Origin: Octopus sinensis
Lineage: Eukaryota
DNA: 64,000 bases
NCBI RefSeq assembly: GCF_006345805.1
Contig: NC_042997.1
Span: forward strand, 81,840,001-81,904,000
Direction of reading: 5' to 3'
Shown in pieces: positions 1 through 12,399 of this stretch. Position 1 is the first letter of the stretch; each line of letters starts with the position of its first letter. A program made the translations under genes and the position numbers. The notes under the pieces were generated by a model, which was not told where the DNA came from, made no database searches, and saw only the letters and a program-made list of their open reading frames with translations.

Positions 1-185
1 AAAATAAAACCAAGTATAATTTTCTAAGTCACTATAGATACAGTGGCTGTGATAATTTATACAAAAGATTCTCTTTAAAAATGTGTTTTTCTATTTATTT
101 TTTGCTGCTATTTACATAGTTGAAAGAAACTATTTCATTACAGTCACCTTCAAGATTATGTAACACAATCTGATTATCTGGTTCT

Positions 186-1248
186 TTCAGCCTCATGGCA
201 TGGGGCATCTATGTTCTTTCATCTTTCTCTGTCTTTTATCAAGGGTTGGATCTTGAAACCAGTTTGTGCCACATTTGTACAGGTCAAGCAGATCTCCAGA
301 TTTCCTTTAGCCTATCCTTTAGTCTCTTCCCACCAGCTGGTAACCATGTCATGGCTGTTCTTACTGGGATGTTGTCCTTCCATTCGTAGAACATGCCTTG
401 CCAGCTGCATTCTTCTGCCTTTGGTGACAAGACTCAGGCGTGTTGCATTGGCTCTTCAAAGAACCTCGTTGTTTGTGATCTTGTCTTCCCATCTAATGCC
501 CAGGATTTTTCAGAGGCATGTTTGTTGGAATGCATCAATCTACTTTGCAATTCTGGCTGTAGTTTTCCATGTGTCAGTAGTATAAGTTGTTATTGAGATA
601 ACAGATGACCATAATTACCTTAATTTGATTTGTGATGTGATCCTCTTTCACTGCCATAACAGTTGGAGTTTGTTAAATGCTCCCGCACCCTTAGCTATTC
701 TTTGTTTTACATCAGTTTCAGCATTGCTGTTTGCTGTCTGAATACTTCCAAGATATATGAAGCATTGAGCCTCTTCTATCTTTTTTCCCATTGATTGGAG
801 CTTCATGTGCTTCACTGCAGGCAACTTTTTCATGTTTTTGTATATTTACTCTCAAGCCAACCTTTTCAGCTGTTCAGTTAGGACATTTGTCATGGTCCAC
901 ATTTTTGTGCAGTTGATGATGGCAAGAAGAGCTAAGCCACCAACAAGGCCTAAATCTGCTAGTTTCATTCTTTCCCATTTTAAGCCATGTCCACAGGTAT
1001 CCAAGGACATTCTTAGAACATAGTCCATGATTATCAAGAAAAATAATGGTGGTAGGATGCTTGTTGCTCTCCTGATAAGATTGAAAGGAACTCAGTAAAT
1101 CCTGACTCTGTTTTTACACAGCAACTTGAGTCTTGATAAAGATTTTGCTAAAGCAGGTGCCATTGCCATAAATCTGAAGGGTGTTCCAGAATGGCCAACA
1201 GTATACACTGCTCAGGACATTTTTGAAGTTGACAAAATATATTACTAC
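186..1248 (-). mobile_element. Decayed RTE-clade LINE, RT core to 3' end
   Basis: ORF 648-833 reads IEEAQCFIYLGS...DVKQRIAKGAGAFNKLQLLW, the RTE post-RT motif. ORF 852-1037 reads DYVLR...GLKW...LADLGLVGGLALLA, a decayed DLDFADDLALL. Many stops and frameshifts. Confidence 0.85.
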
Positions 1249-1249
1249 T

Positions 1250-2075
1250 GGGTTTCTATATGCCAGTGATTGTGAGGAAAGAAGCTGCTGAAGTACTCAT
1301 TGGATGGTTCACTATAAATCAATGCATCATAACAGCCCATTTATAGACCAGGTATGCAAAATTGTCAATCATTCAAGTCTGTGCTCCAACAGATTTAGCA
1401 AGTGAAGAAGGTAATGATAAATTTTTATGACCAGCTTCAGCAAATTTTGGACAACACTCAATAATGTGACATCAAACTGCTGGCTGGTGACTTCAATGCC
1501 AAGATGAATAAGGACCAAAAGAATGTTACTGGCCCTTTTGTTTTTGCTGAAGACTCTGACAGTAATAGAGAGAGGCTGACTTCTTTTCATAGTTTGATGA
1601 GTTTTCTATATGTAAAACATATTTCAAACATAAACAGATCCTCAAAAATGTCTGGCACTCTCTGGACAAAGAAACTGAGAAAGAGCTAAATTACATCTGC
1701 ATCAACAGAAAATGGAGATCCTCTGTCAAGAATGTGCATAGCTTTTGAGGTACAGATTGTGGTTCTGATTATTCTCTACTACTTTGTAAAGTACTTGTAA
1801 AATTTTAAAAACTTCCAAAAAGTCATCTGGAAGCCCTTTTGGTATTGCAAATGTAAAAGTTAAAGAAATAGCTGAAAAATACTTAATTTAACTTTAAAAA
1901 TGGTGTTGAACCCCATGAAAAGTGGTTGAATTTCAAAAATGCAATTGGTGAGACTGCTAACACTTATTGGGAGTGGAAAAAGAAAAAAGGCTCTCACAAA
2001 GACCAATGGGTCTTAGCTAAAACTTGGAATTCAATTGATGACAGGTAATTAATCAAATTAAAGGGAGACCAAACA
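1250..2075 (+). mobile_element. Decayed RTE-clade APE endonuclease segment, head-to-head with the RT piece
   Basis: Manual translation across frameshifts gives IITAHL..RYAKLSIIQVCAPT, LLAGDFNAK and YICINRKWRSSVKNV...GSD. Confidence 0.8.
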
Positions 2076-2084
2076 GAAACACTT

Positions 2085-2560
2085 GTTGATTTTATCGAGT
2101 TCAGTGCATAACTGGTACTTATTTCATCAAACCCTGAAAGGATGGAAAGCAAAATTTAATCTCAGTGGAATTTGAACTCAGAACATAGAGACAGATGAAT
2201 TAACACTAAGTATTTTGTCTGGCATGCTAATGATTCTTATTTCACCAATTGTAAGGCCAGAAATCTGCAAGGCGGGAACAGTTGTTTATATAGATCTGAG
2301 TACTTTTTTTTTTTTATAAACCCCAAAAAGATGAAAGCAAAGTTGATTTTGGTGAAATTTGAACTCAGAATACAAAGATTGGAACAAATACTGCAAGGCA
2401 TTTTTCCACAACTCTACCATTCTATCAAAAACAACTTACTAATTTTGGAATGAGGCCAGCAGTTTTGAGGAGAGGGTAAAAGTCAACTATTTTGACCCCA
2501 GTGCTTGATGCATCTTATTTTATCAACCTTGAAAGGATGAATGGCAAGATTTGAACTTAG
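2085..2560 (-). mobile_element. Three decayed tRNA-derived SINE copies (family A)
   Basis: Reverse complements of the B-box gagttcaaattc and the catcctttcggggtcgataaa-like body seen at 7428-8235. Confidence 0.7.
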
Positions 2561-4474
2561 AATGTGAACAATCCAAAGAAATACTGCACAGCATTTTGTC
2601 TGATACTCTAAAGATTTTGATAGTATGTCTAACAAAGGCACAAAAATCATTGACGTTTGAAGGTTCTGAAACTCAAAAGTCAACACACAGAACTGAGAAA
2701 TCGAGCAGGTTGCTATCATTTACTCTTCCCACCAGTCAGCTCAGATTAAACATCCTATGATTTGAAAGCATTTGAGATATAACCATTCAGTATTTTTTTC
2801 AGGATTAATGTACCTGGGAGGAAATTATTTGTTTCCTCTTTTTAGAGAGAAACATGTTTTTTTTTGTTTTTTTAGGGAGCTATTTTTAATGTCGGGTGAG
2901 AATGTAAAGGCTTCTTTGTGGATGCTGATACTGAGCTCTTGAAAACAGACAACAGTTAAGATTCAGAGATGAGGGTTCAAATGATGCCTCACTACATTAG
3001 TAGAAATAGATGGGCGTGAGGTAAAGCCTAGGTTGTCTGCCTAACATCCTTCTCTTCTGCTAATATGGTTCCATACTGACCAAAGATCCACACTTATTGA
3101 GAAAGAGCTACACTAACTGACCAAGAATATATAGTGACTGATCAAGGAAGGATCAACCAGCTGAGTAAGATTTCCACTGACTGAACCTACAACAATTGAC
3201 CTACAATCCATACCAACTGATCAATATTCCATTCCACTGGATGAAATAGTAATAGTTGTTGAACCAATGAGGAAATCTGTATGCAGTCTGTCGATATGCT
3301 AGAAATAGCTGCTAAATCTCCTTCAAACCACACCCTACCATCTTAGCAAAGGGAAAAACACATAAAATGATGTCATATATATTATGTTTGAGAATATATA
3401 TATATATATATTTATATAGAAGATCCCAGCTGTAATGTCTGTGATCCTACGTCATTTGGCTCTGACCTGACCTAGAGTTAGACAACTACATGGAGGGATA
3501 CATTAGACAATGTCCTATATAACGCTAAGGCTGAATAAAGAAGACAGGTTGATTCTGGCTGAATATCTTTGATCATTGGTCTGCTGAAGCAAGACAGGTG
3601 GTGCTAAACAAAAAATAACTTTCTCATCAGTGGCGGTGTAATTTCAGTTAATTAAGATTTCTCGATATATTTCATCAAATAATGTAGAGCACTTCTTACT
3701 ATAATGTTGGTGAGCTCAATGTGTTTTTGCGAAAAAGTCTATGAAGAGAGATTTTCTTTGAGACAAGAGTACCGCAGCAAACTTCTTCCACATTCTAGTA
3801 TATAGGGATGAACACATCGCTGCTTTGAATATCGTTACTAAGTGTGCTTAGAACAACTTGAATAAGCTTTGACACATATCAGCAAATGTATTCTTTGTTG
3901 TTAATATATAGGAACAGAAATTGGTCGGCTATGAATGACTGAAACAATGTCAATGTGGAGGCAAAATCATAGCAAAACACGTGCCTGGCAGTTGGCCAAC
4001 GTCCTTCAGAGTCCGACTCGATATGTTTGTACACACCTAAGCTTACGAGGAAATATTTTTCGTTGGTACATATACTGCTGCGAACGTCTTCCAAATTCTA
4101 GTATACTGGGTTATATTACATAGGAATGAATACATAGTCATTTTGATAATCGTTGTTTCACGTGCTTTTTAATCACAGCTTGAAAACCTTTTTACTCATC
4201 TGCAATTCTTTGCTGCTTTTATAGAGGAACAAAAGTTTGCATACGTTAAACGGACTATGATCGAGTGAAACGGTGTCTATTACCGAGGAGGTAAAACCTC
4301 TTCAAAAGCCTATTTGGCATACCGATAACGTGTTCACAGCCCAACTCTATGTGCTTAATAACACAAAGTAAAAAAAAAAAACCCTTTTCGACGCAAAAGT
4401 CTCAGAAAAATCTCACCTAGTATCTATAAGAATGTATATAACGTTAATTTGATCATCGCTGCTTCGTGTGCTTA

Positions 4475-4558
<84 letters not shown>

Positions 4559-5454
4559 TACTGTTGTTTATTCTGTAGTGCATAAGGTTTCAGTTCTTTT
4601 GCACTCTCCCCTAGTAGCTGTTTTACTGTCATGGAGAATGATCAGCTGAAATTTTCAGACGTTTGCTTAAGGACTTCTTAAGTCTGTCACCATTTTTGCC
4701 AAGTTCGAAAGATTCCATTTCCCCACTGGTGAAAGCAGACTGACAAAATTGATTCGGTATGCAAGAAATGCACATAGTTAAGCTCCTCAGGAATTGACAA
4801 CTTGAGTTACCTCGGTAATCCTGTTTGCAGTGGAGGTGGCTGATCTGAAAGCAAAGTACACAGAGTGGAAAAGTTCATGGTGCTATAATGTTGCTGAGCA
4901 GTAAAGATGTTTTCTTGCTCAGTGAAAAGTATGTGCAAAAAACAATGTTGCAAGGCAACAAAACATTTGGAGATTGAACGAAGCAGAGAAAGAAATGGTG
5001 TGAGCGTATTCCACCGGAATTGTAATGTCAAAATGAAAACATGAATGGAGAGGACTTGATATGAGAGGAGTCAGGTATATAGAATGTGTATGTGTGTGTG
5101 TGTGTGTGTCAGAGGGAGAGAGAGAGAGGGATATTGCATTGGTATGGATATGTGATGTGTATGAAAGGTAACAGTTGGATTACGAAGTGCCAGTCGATCC
5201 AAGTGGAAGAATCGTGCAGAAGAAGAAAACACTAAAAGATATGGCAAAAGGGGATCTCAGGATGCTTTTACCATATCTTTTATCTATTCTTCTTTACAAA
5301 GAAGACAAATGAGTGCAAAAGTGGCAGGATGCTGTGCTAGAGATGACACGTCTAACTTATACAAAATTGGACAAATCAACATAAAAGGATGGGAGTGGTG
5401 GAGGTGATGATGATTGTCATAAGCAAATTCTAATTTAGGTACAAACGGCTCAAC

Positions 5455-5650
5455 AACTTTGAGGCGAGGTGCTGTTGCCTTATACCATCGACCTCAGCAC
5501 TTGACTGTTACTTTATTTTCTCAAACTCGAAATGAGGAATTAGCAAAGCTGATGACAGCAGGATTTGAACTCAGGATCTAAAGAGTTAGAAGAAATATAG
5601 CAAGGCAATTTTTCCGCTCTTCAACTATTCTGCCAATCTACTGCTTGGGA
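5455..5650 (-). mobile_element. Decayed SINE family A copy
   Basis: Contains ggatttgaactcag (reverse-complement B-box) and a degenerate family A body. Confidence 0.55.
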
Positions 5651-5844
5651 GTCATTAGCAAATAAGAAATAAAAAAGAAAATTAAATAATACTAATTAAT
5701 GTATATTTCATGAATGACAAAACAATAAATATTACTGGAGAAGATGCACCAAATCTTAGTAAGAACAGAATAAAATGATGGGTGGTAGTTATATTGAAGA
5801 TAATTAGTCATGGTAATAAGGCGAGGAAACGATGATGAAATTAA

Positions 5845-7110
5845 ATACCAGATAGATTGAAAAGTTTTCTCGTATTTCAAGTTTTAATTGATTGTTCAAA
5901 CATATTACATATGAAAAACGTTTATTCTTCAAAATATATCCCATTACATTCTATTGTCTGTTACCATCGTTGTACAAGACGCTCAATTCCACGCTTGTAC
6001 CATTTGGGTGGTTTAGAGGCAAAAAGCTCCTTGCAGCGTTTTTTAATCTCACCCATATTGTTGAATCTTCGCCCATGCAGGAAATGGACTATGGCTTGGA
6101 AATGATGGTTATCTGATGGTACAAGGGCTGAAGCTCCAATCAATGGGAAAAAAGATAGAAGAGGCTCAATGCTTCATATATCTTGGAAGTATTCAGACAG
6201 CAAACAGCAATGCTGAAACTGATGTAAAACAAAGAATAGCTAAGGGTGCGGGAGCATTTAACAAACTCCAACTGTTATGGCAGTGAAAGAGGATCACATC
6301 ACAAATCAAATTAAGGTAATTATGGTCATCTGTTATCTCAATAACAACTTATACTACTGACACATGGAAAACTACAGCCAGAATTGCAAAGTTGAGCCCC
6401 TCAAGCTTGCGCTTGGTCACATTGGCAGTGTGTGCTGGGACATTATCATGCTATAACATGCACATTTTCGATTGGCCAATGGCTTTTAAAGCATCGTTAC
6501 TCGTTCCAGTTTTGAGCATAAAGGTTTAAAAGCGTTCATGCATGACCAGCTAGAAGAAGCTCAAATTGCATCACGCCCTCGAAATTCCACCATACACACA
6601 ACACAACCTTCTGTTCAAACCGTCCACCGGGTTCTGAAATCTGACTGGACCGAAACCACTGATTTTTATTAGGATTACAAAAGTAGATCCGTTTTTCATC
6701 CCCAGTTACAATTCAATACTAAAGACCGGTAAGACGAGGATTTGCCAGCAGTTTGCAAATGTTCACATGTCATTAAGCCTGGCTGGTGGTCTCTTCACGA
6801 GGAACTTCTCAGTGGTATCTGTTCACAAGGCCGTGCATATGGGCGTGTCAATTGATTGTGCTTTGTAAAGGATCAAGTTCTGGCGACAATGTACTAGTGC
6901 TTGTGTTTTGGTGTTCAACCATTTCAAGCAAGGCTTCATCTTCCACAACAGAACGTCACCCTGACCTTGCTTTGTTTTCGAGGCTGGTGTCACCTTTCTT
7001 GAAACGATGAACCACTGTTATGCTACACGTTCTTTGACAATTCCGAGGCCTTTCAAACGATTAATTTCTTTTGCAGCGTGAAATAGCTGCAATCGCAGTT
7101 TTTTCAACAC
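5845..7110 (-). mobile_element. Decayed mariner (DD34D-type) transposon interrupted by a 264-bp insert
   Basis: Minus-strand translation gives WF.RFKKGDTSLENKARSG, VTGDEK, KVVLCVWWNFEGV, HDNVPAHTA, then PSDNHHF...FASKPPKWYKRGIERLVQRW. TIRs are not clearly resolved. Confidence 0.85.
6129..6392 (+). repeat. Exact inverted copy of 542-805 (RTE fragment)
   Basis: Base-by-base comparison: 264 bp with no mismatch seen against the reverse complement of 542-805. Confidence 0.95.
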
Positions 7111-7396
7111 TTATTGTCAAAGCTGTGAAACAAAGAATAAATAATTTATGTTGATGTATATTATATGAAAATAAAGAATAAACAATTCTGTATCGATTGG
7201 ACAACATGCTGTATCAAATTACTGAGATACAAGTTGCAAAATGGCGAAAATCTGAAAAACATTTGACGCAATTTGGTTCTCGTAATAGCCAGTGTATGTT
7301 TAATTGTTAGTGAAGCACAAAAAGGGATGAATGAATGAATACATATATTATTATTATTATCCCCTTCATCCTTCACTCTGGTGGCAAATAAATGAA

Positions 7397-7427
<31 letters not shown>

Positions 7428-7431
<4 letters not shown>

Positions 7432-8235
7432 GGCGACAAGCTGGCGAATCATTAGCGCGCTGGACGAAATGCATATCGGTATTTCGCCCGTCACTACATT
7501 CTGAGTTCAAATTCCACCGTGGTCGACTTTGCTTTTCCTTTTTCGGGGGCGATAAATTAAGTACCTGTTGCGTACTGGGGTTGATGTAATCGACTTACGC
7601 ATTTCCCCCAAATTTGAGGCATTGTGCTTCCATTGGAAAATATTATTATTAAGGCGGTAAGCTAGCAGAATCGTTAGCATGCTGGACGAAATGCGTAGTG
7701 GTATTTCGCCCATCAGTTCAAATGCCGCCGAGGTCGATTTTGCCTTTCATCTTTTCGGGGTCGATAAATTAAATTCCAGTGAAACACTAGGGTCGCTGAA
7801 ATCGACTAGTCCACTATCTCAATTCCAGACCTTGTGCCTACAGTAGAAAGACTATTACTATAACGGCGGTGAGCTGTCAGAAACGTTAGCACGCCGGGCG
7901 AAATCGTAGCCGTATTTCGTCTGCCATTACGTTCTGAGTTCAAATTCCGCCGAGGTCGACTTTGCCTTTCATCCTTTCGGGGTCGATAAATTAAGAACCA
8001 GTTACGCACTGGGGTCGATATAATTGACTTAATCCGTTTGTCTGTCCTCTCTGTGTTTAGCTCCTTGTGGGTAGTAAAGAAATAGGTATTTCGCTCATCG
8101 CTCCGTTCTGAGTTCAAATTCCGCCGAGGTCGACTTTGCCTTTCAGCCTTTCGGGGTCGATAAAATAAGTACCAGTTGAATACTAGGGTCGATGTAATCG
8201 ACTCATCTCCTCCCCCAAAATTGCTGCCCTTGTGG
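7428..8235 (+). mobile_element. Head-to-tail cluster of four tRNA-derived SINEs (family A)
   Basis: Repeated ggcg..gagctggcagaa.cgttagc...gagttcaaattcc.ccgaggtcgactttgcctttcatcctttcggggtcgataaa units at about 7430, 7650, 7862 and 8086 (the last is partial), mostly preceded by short (TTA)n. Confidence 0.9.
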
Positions 8236-8329
8236 GAAAATTATTATTTTTCTGGAGTCTTAGATGCATAACGGCTTGCTACCTACAACCATGCTATTCA
8301 TTCTTTTCAGCTATCTAGTACTTCACTAA

Positions 8330-11300
8330 TTATTATGGCTGCGCCAAAGAGGCAAACCTTGTGTAACAGTTCTACTGACTACTCTATTCCAATTTCCTTT
8401 ATATTCCCCTTGATGTCTTCTGATACTGTACCCAAGGACTCAACAATAATTGGCACTATCTTCACCTTCTTCATTTTCCATAGCCGGACTATTTCATACT
8501 TAAGAGGGTTGTATTATTTTTTCGCCTTCCTTCTTGACTATTCTTGGGTCAAAGGGGCATGCAACATCAACCATATAATACATGTGGTACATCTTGTCGA
8601 CCACCACTGGGTCAGGTCTGCTATGCCCTAAGACCTGACCTGTTTGGATTGGGAAATCCCAGAGGATTTTTCTAGTCTCCGACTTTGCAATTCTCTGCGT
8701 TTTGTTCTCATACCACGTCTTCCCTTTCTCTAGCCCCCACTTTTCGCACAGTTTCCAATGTAGTACTTTCGCTACCTGATCGTGTCGCCACAACTTGTAA
8801 TGGTTTGGGGTTAATCTAGGGCATTCGTTCGTGATATGGGTAATGATATCATCCACTCTGTTTACAGATGCGGCACAGTGGAGACACTCGCTCATTCCTA
8901 AGGTTGACCCTCCAGTTCGTGGCCAAAGCTTGGTCTTGTGCTGCCAGTATAGTGCTCTCTCTCTCTCTTTTTTAGTGTTCTTTTCTTCAGCCAATCTCGC
9001 ATGTTTTCCAGTGACTTCTGTTGTGGCTACATGGAAGTGATTGTCAAGTCCCTTGTTGTGTAATTCTTCTTCATGTTCTTTTAGTACTTCTTCCTTTGTT
9101 TTTCCTTTTTTTCTCTGCTTTCAGTACTCCCTCATTCCTAACTGACACCAGCAAGGTTTCTTTGCTTTGGGTTAGGTATCTCATTTAGCTCTTGAGTTCA
9201 ATACGTACGCAGTCTTCCACACTTATCAGTCCTCTTCCTCCACTTACTCTCTTCATATATAGTCAATCAGTGTCTACACGTGGATGATGGGCTCAATGCA
9301 ACATTAGGAGCTTTCTTGACTTTCTGTCCAACTCCTTTAGCTCCTCCTCTGTCCACTTCAAGATTCCAGCGCTATACCGAATTGCTGCGACTGCGCGCGA
9401 ATTTATTGCCGAAATTAGGTTTCTGGTATTCAGTTTTGAAGCCGATATTTTTCCCACTTGCCGCAGGTACTCTTTCTTTGTCTTTTATTTCATATCGTTG
9501 TGTTTAATTCCATCCGTCTCAAGTATTCTCAAGTATTTATAACTGGATTGAGGTTGAATTATCTTCATCATTTTACCACTTGGCATCCATATGCCTTCTG
9601 TTCTGACAAGATTTCCTCGTCCAAACTCCATCTTAGTATCATTGGATAAAATTCCCACAGACTGGACTAAGTTGTCCAGTTCTGCCTCACTTTTTGTTAA
9701 CAACTTCAAGTCATCCATGAATAGCAGGTGGTTCAGTTTTCCCTTACCTCTTTCCAGATAATGTCACAACTTTGTTTTCTGCAGTTTTTCACTCAAGAGG
9801 ATCATTCCCAGCACAAAGATCAATGGGGGCACACTTTTCTCCTCGAAGATTCCTTTCTTGATTTTTACCTTTCCTAATACCTGATTCTCTGCCGTCAATT
9901 CCGTTATTTCATGCTGTTCCATATAAGATTCCTCATGTTTTCTGCAACTCCATACATTTCTATTGTTCTTGATATCCAGGAGTGTGGTATCATATTGTAT
10001 ACTTTACGATAGTCAATCCACGCTATGCTCAGGTTCGTGTGTCTTCTCTTGCAGTTCCTGATAAATAGATTATCAATTAAGAGCTTATCCTTCGTTTCCC
10101 AGTTCCTCTTTCGGCACCTCTTCTGTTCAATTGGTAGCAGTACACTTTTTTCTAAGCATCTATACAGTTCACCGGCCAAAGCACCTGACAATAGCGGAAG
10201 ACACGTTATTGGTAGAAAGTTTGATGCAACATTACCCTTTTCAGGATCCTTGGCACATATCAATGTCTTTCTCTTTGTCATCCAGCTGGGTACTGCGCCT
10301 GCCTGCGAGTACTCATCTAGCTGAAGTACTATCCTTTCATACAGCTCTCTCAGCTTCTTCATCCAATAACCTTGGACCCCATCCGGTCCTGGGCTCTTCC
10401 AATCTGGGAACTTCCTTTACTGTTTTTTTTAAAAATTATTTTTCTAGTTCCTAAAACAGTTTCTTCTGATTTGTTTCAAACAATCTGTTTTGCCTGAATT
10501 GTTTTGTTCTATTGTCATATTCAGTTTTGCTTTGATTGCTACTACTCTTTGTTTCAGTTATTCCAATATCACATCATACCCTTTAACTCTTATTCTATAT
10601 GTTCTTTCCACCATTATTCCTATGCTTTCATTCTGCAATTACCCTTTTCAACCTATCAACTTGTCCTAAATGTCTTTTTAACTTTGTTTCTCACAAATTC
10701 GTCTACGCCAGTATGGTTCTTCACGTTCTGTTTGTTCTCTTTATATCCAACTCTGTCTGTAGCAACCATAGCTGCAGCCCAAATAATTTTGTTAGTTTCA
10801 GTTATATTTCTCGTCTGGATCGAATCTATCTTTTTGGTTTCAACTTCGAGCTTGTGTCAATCAATGTACCTCAGACTGGGTAGGGTGGAGTGGTGATTGA
10901 TATTGGTCTTCTCTAATATATCAGCACAACATTCTCACTATGTCTTGTTGGTCATCATCGTATTCTTGCGATATAGCTCTTCCCATTACTTCTGCTTCAT
11001 TTGCTGAGAATGCATTTACTCTTTGCTCTACGTCTTCACAGCCGCCATTAATTTCTCTATCTTAGCTGGGCACGTTGTCTGGTGAAGTATTATTTTTGTT
11101 TTCCACTTCCCTTTTCATCTCTTCAATTTCCATATCTGTTAACTACTCTTTTGCTCTTATTGCTCTTGCCTGGTCAGCTAGCCGTTGCACATTTATCTCG
11201 AAGAGCCCTATTTCATTCCATTTTGTTTTCATGCGTTATTGGAATTCCCTTCAACTGGGTTCGCTTCTGATCCAGCATTCAATTACCGTCCGGTTTACCA

Positions 11301-12030
11301 CCTTATCCTACCTTCTTCTCTGCCTCTGGCTTTGTGTATAAGCAGTCTGGATGATGACCGGCCGTGCGCTGCTCAGCCACAGGACACCTGCTGGGCAAAA
11401 GGCTTTCACCTTTGGTTCCAGCCTCATTAACACCATTATTTAATACATTTGTACTAGATATTTTCACTCAACATTGAGGTTTGTGTTTTAAGGTTATCCA
11501 CCTACCGGTATTTTTTTCGAGACACCATCTCTAGTTAGATTGTCAACCAAGTCTGCAAAGCCCTTACTACCCATAAGTTGGGCCTGTTCCCTTTGCATTT
11601 CTATGTGTTGGGACCATGATCATAATTCTCACTAGGAGATAGGTGAACGTCGGTTGGTCCCGTATCTTCATCCAAATATTGCTCCGGAGTTACGTCTCGA
11701 TTCACGGTTCATTCGCTTTCATCCCAGGCATGACAGGTTGTTATCACTGTGGCTAAGTTGTCCTATCTATCCCAGTTTTTAAATCAGAGTGCTCCATCTC
11801 CTAGACAGACTGCCAACCAAGGCTCACGAGTTCTATCTATCTGTTTTCGGAATGGCCATTGACTCTCCTGAGTTCCTTTGCCCTTTGCCCTTTGTCGGGT
11901 TCTATTTTTAATCCTGCAGGATGTCGAAAATCCATCCTCCTCACTAAGCAAGCTTAGTAGAGTTGTCAGTCTAGCTGCCGACGGCTCAACGGTTGCACAA
12001 CACTACACGTTAATCCTTATAGCTTATTAT
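8330..12030 (-). mobile_element. Near full-length decayed R4/Dong-clade non-LTR retrotransposon (RT + CCHC + restriction-like endonuclease)
   Basis: RT motifs IAWIDYRKVYNMIPHSWI (9904-10362) and MDDLKL (9485-9718). C-terminus has RHDQVAKVLHWKLC, ILWDFPIQT and RPD..VVD (8500-8994). The probable 5' UTR runs to the (TTA)n at about 12075. Confidence 0.85.
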
Positions 12031-12074
12031 TTACTTGTTCACTATTATAATTACACGATTATTACTATAACTCC

Positions 12075-12132
<58 letters not shown>

Positions 12133-12263
12133 ATTTGTGGTGTTGAGCAGAATATTTGCTGTAGCTAATCTTTTATACTAAGACAAAATATGTACATGAT
12201 AACACTTCCAATCAGTTAAGATGAGAAGCCATGAGAACCACTGCCTGATACTGCATCAGGGCA

Positions 12264-12301
<38 letters not shown>

Positions 12302-12399
12302 CAACGGAATACATAGAACGTGTTTTCAAACGCTCCAGGTTGGCGCAGCTTAAAACATTTACACCGGTCTGGTGCTTTTTTGCATTATTCATTTTATTC

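Noticed and set aside
3780-4215. Degenerate direct repeat (cttcca.attctagtata...)
   Set aside because: Too short and diverged to assign; probably internal to an unidentified old repeat.
4555-5040. Possible Tc1/mariner N-terminal remnant (LFTEQENIF..QHY)
   Set aside because: Only a weak resemblance, and no second TIR or catalytic motif found.
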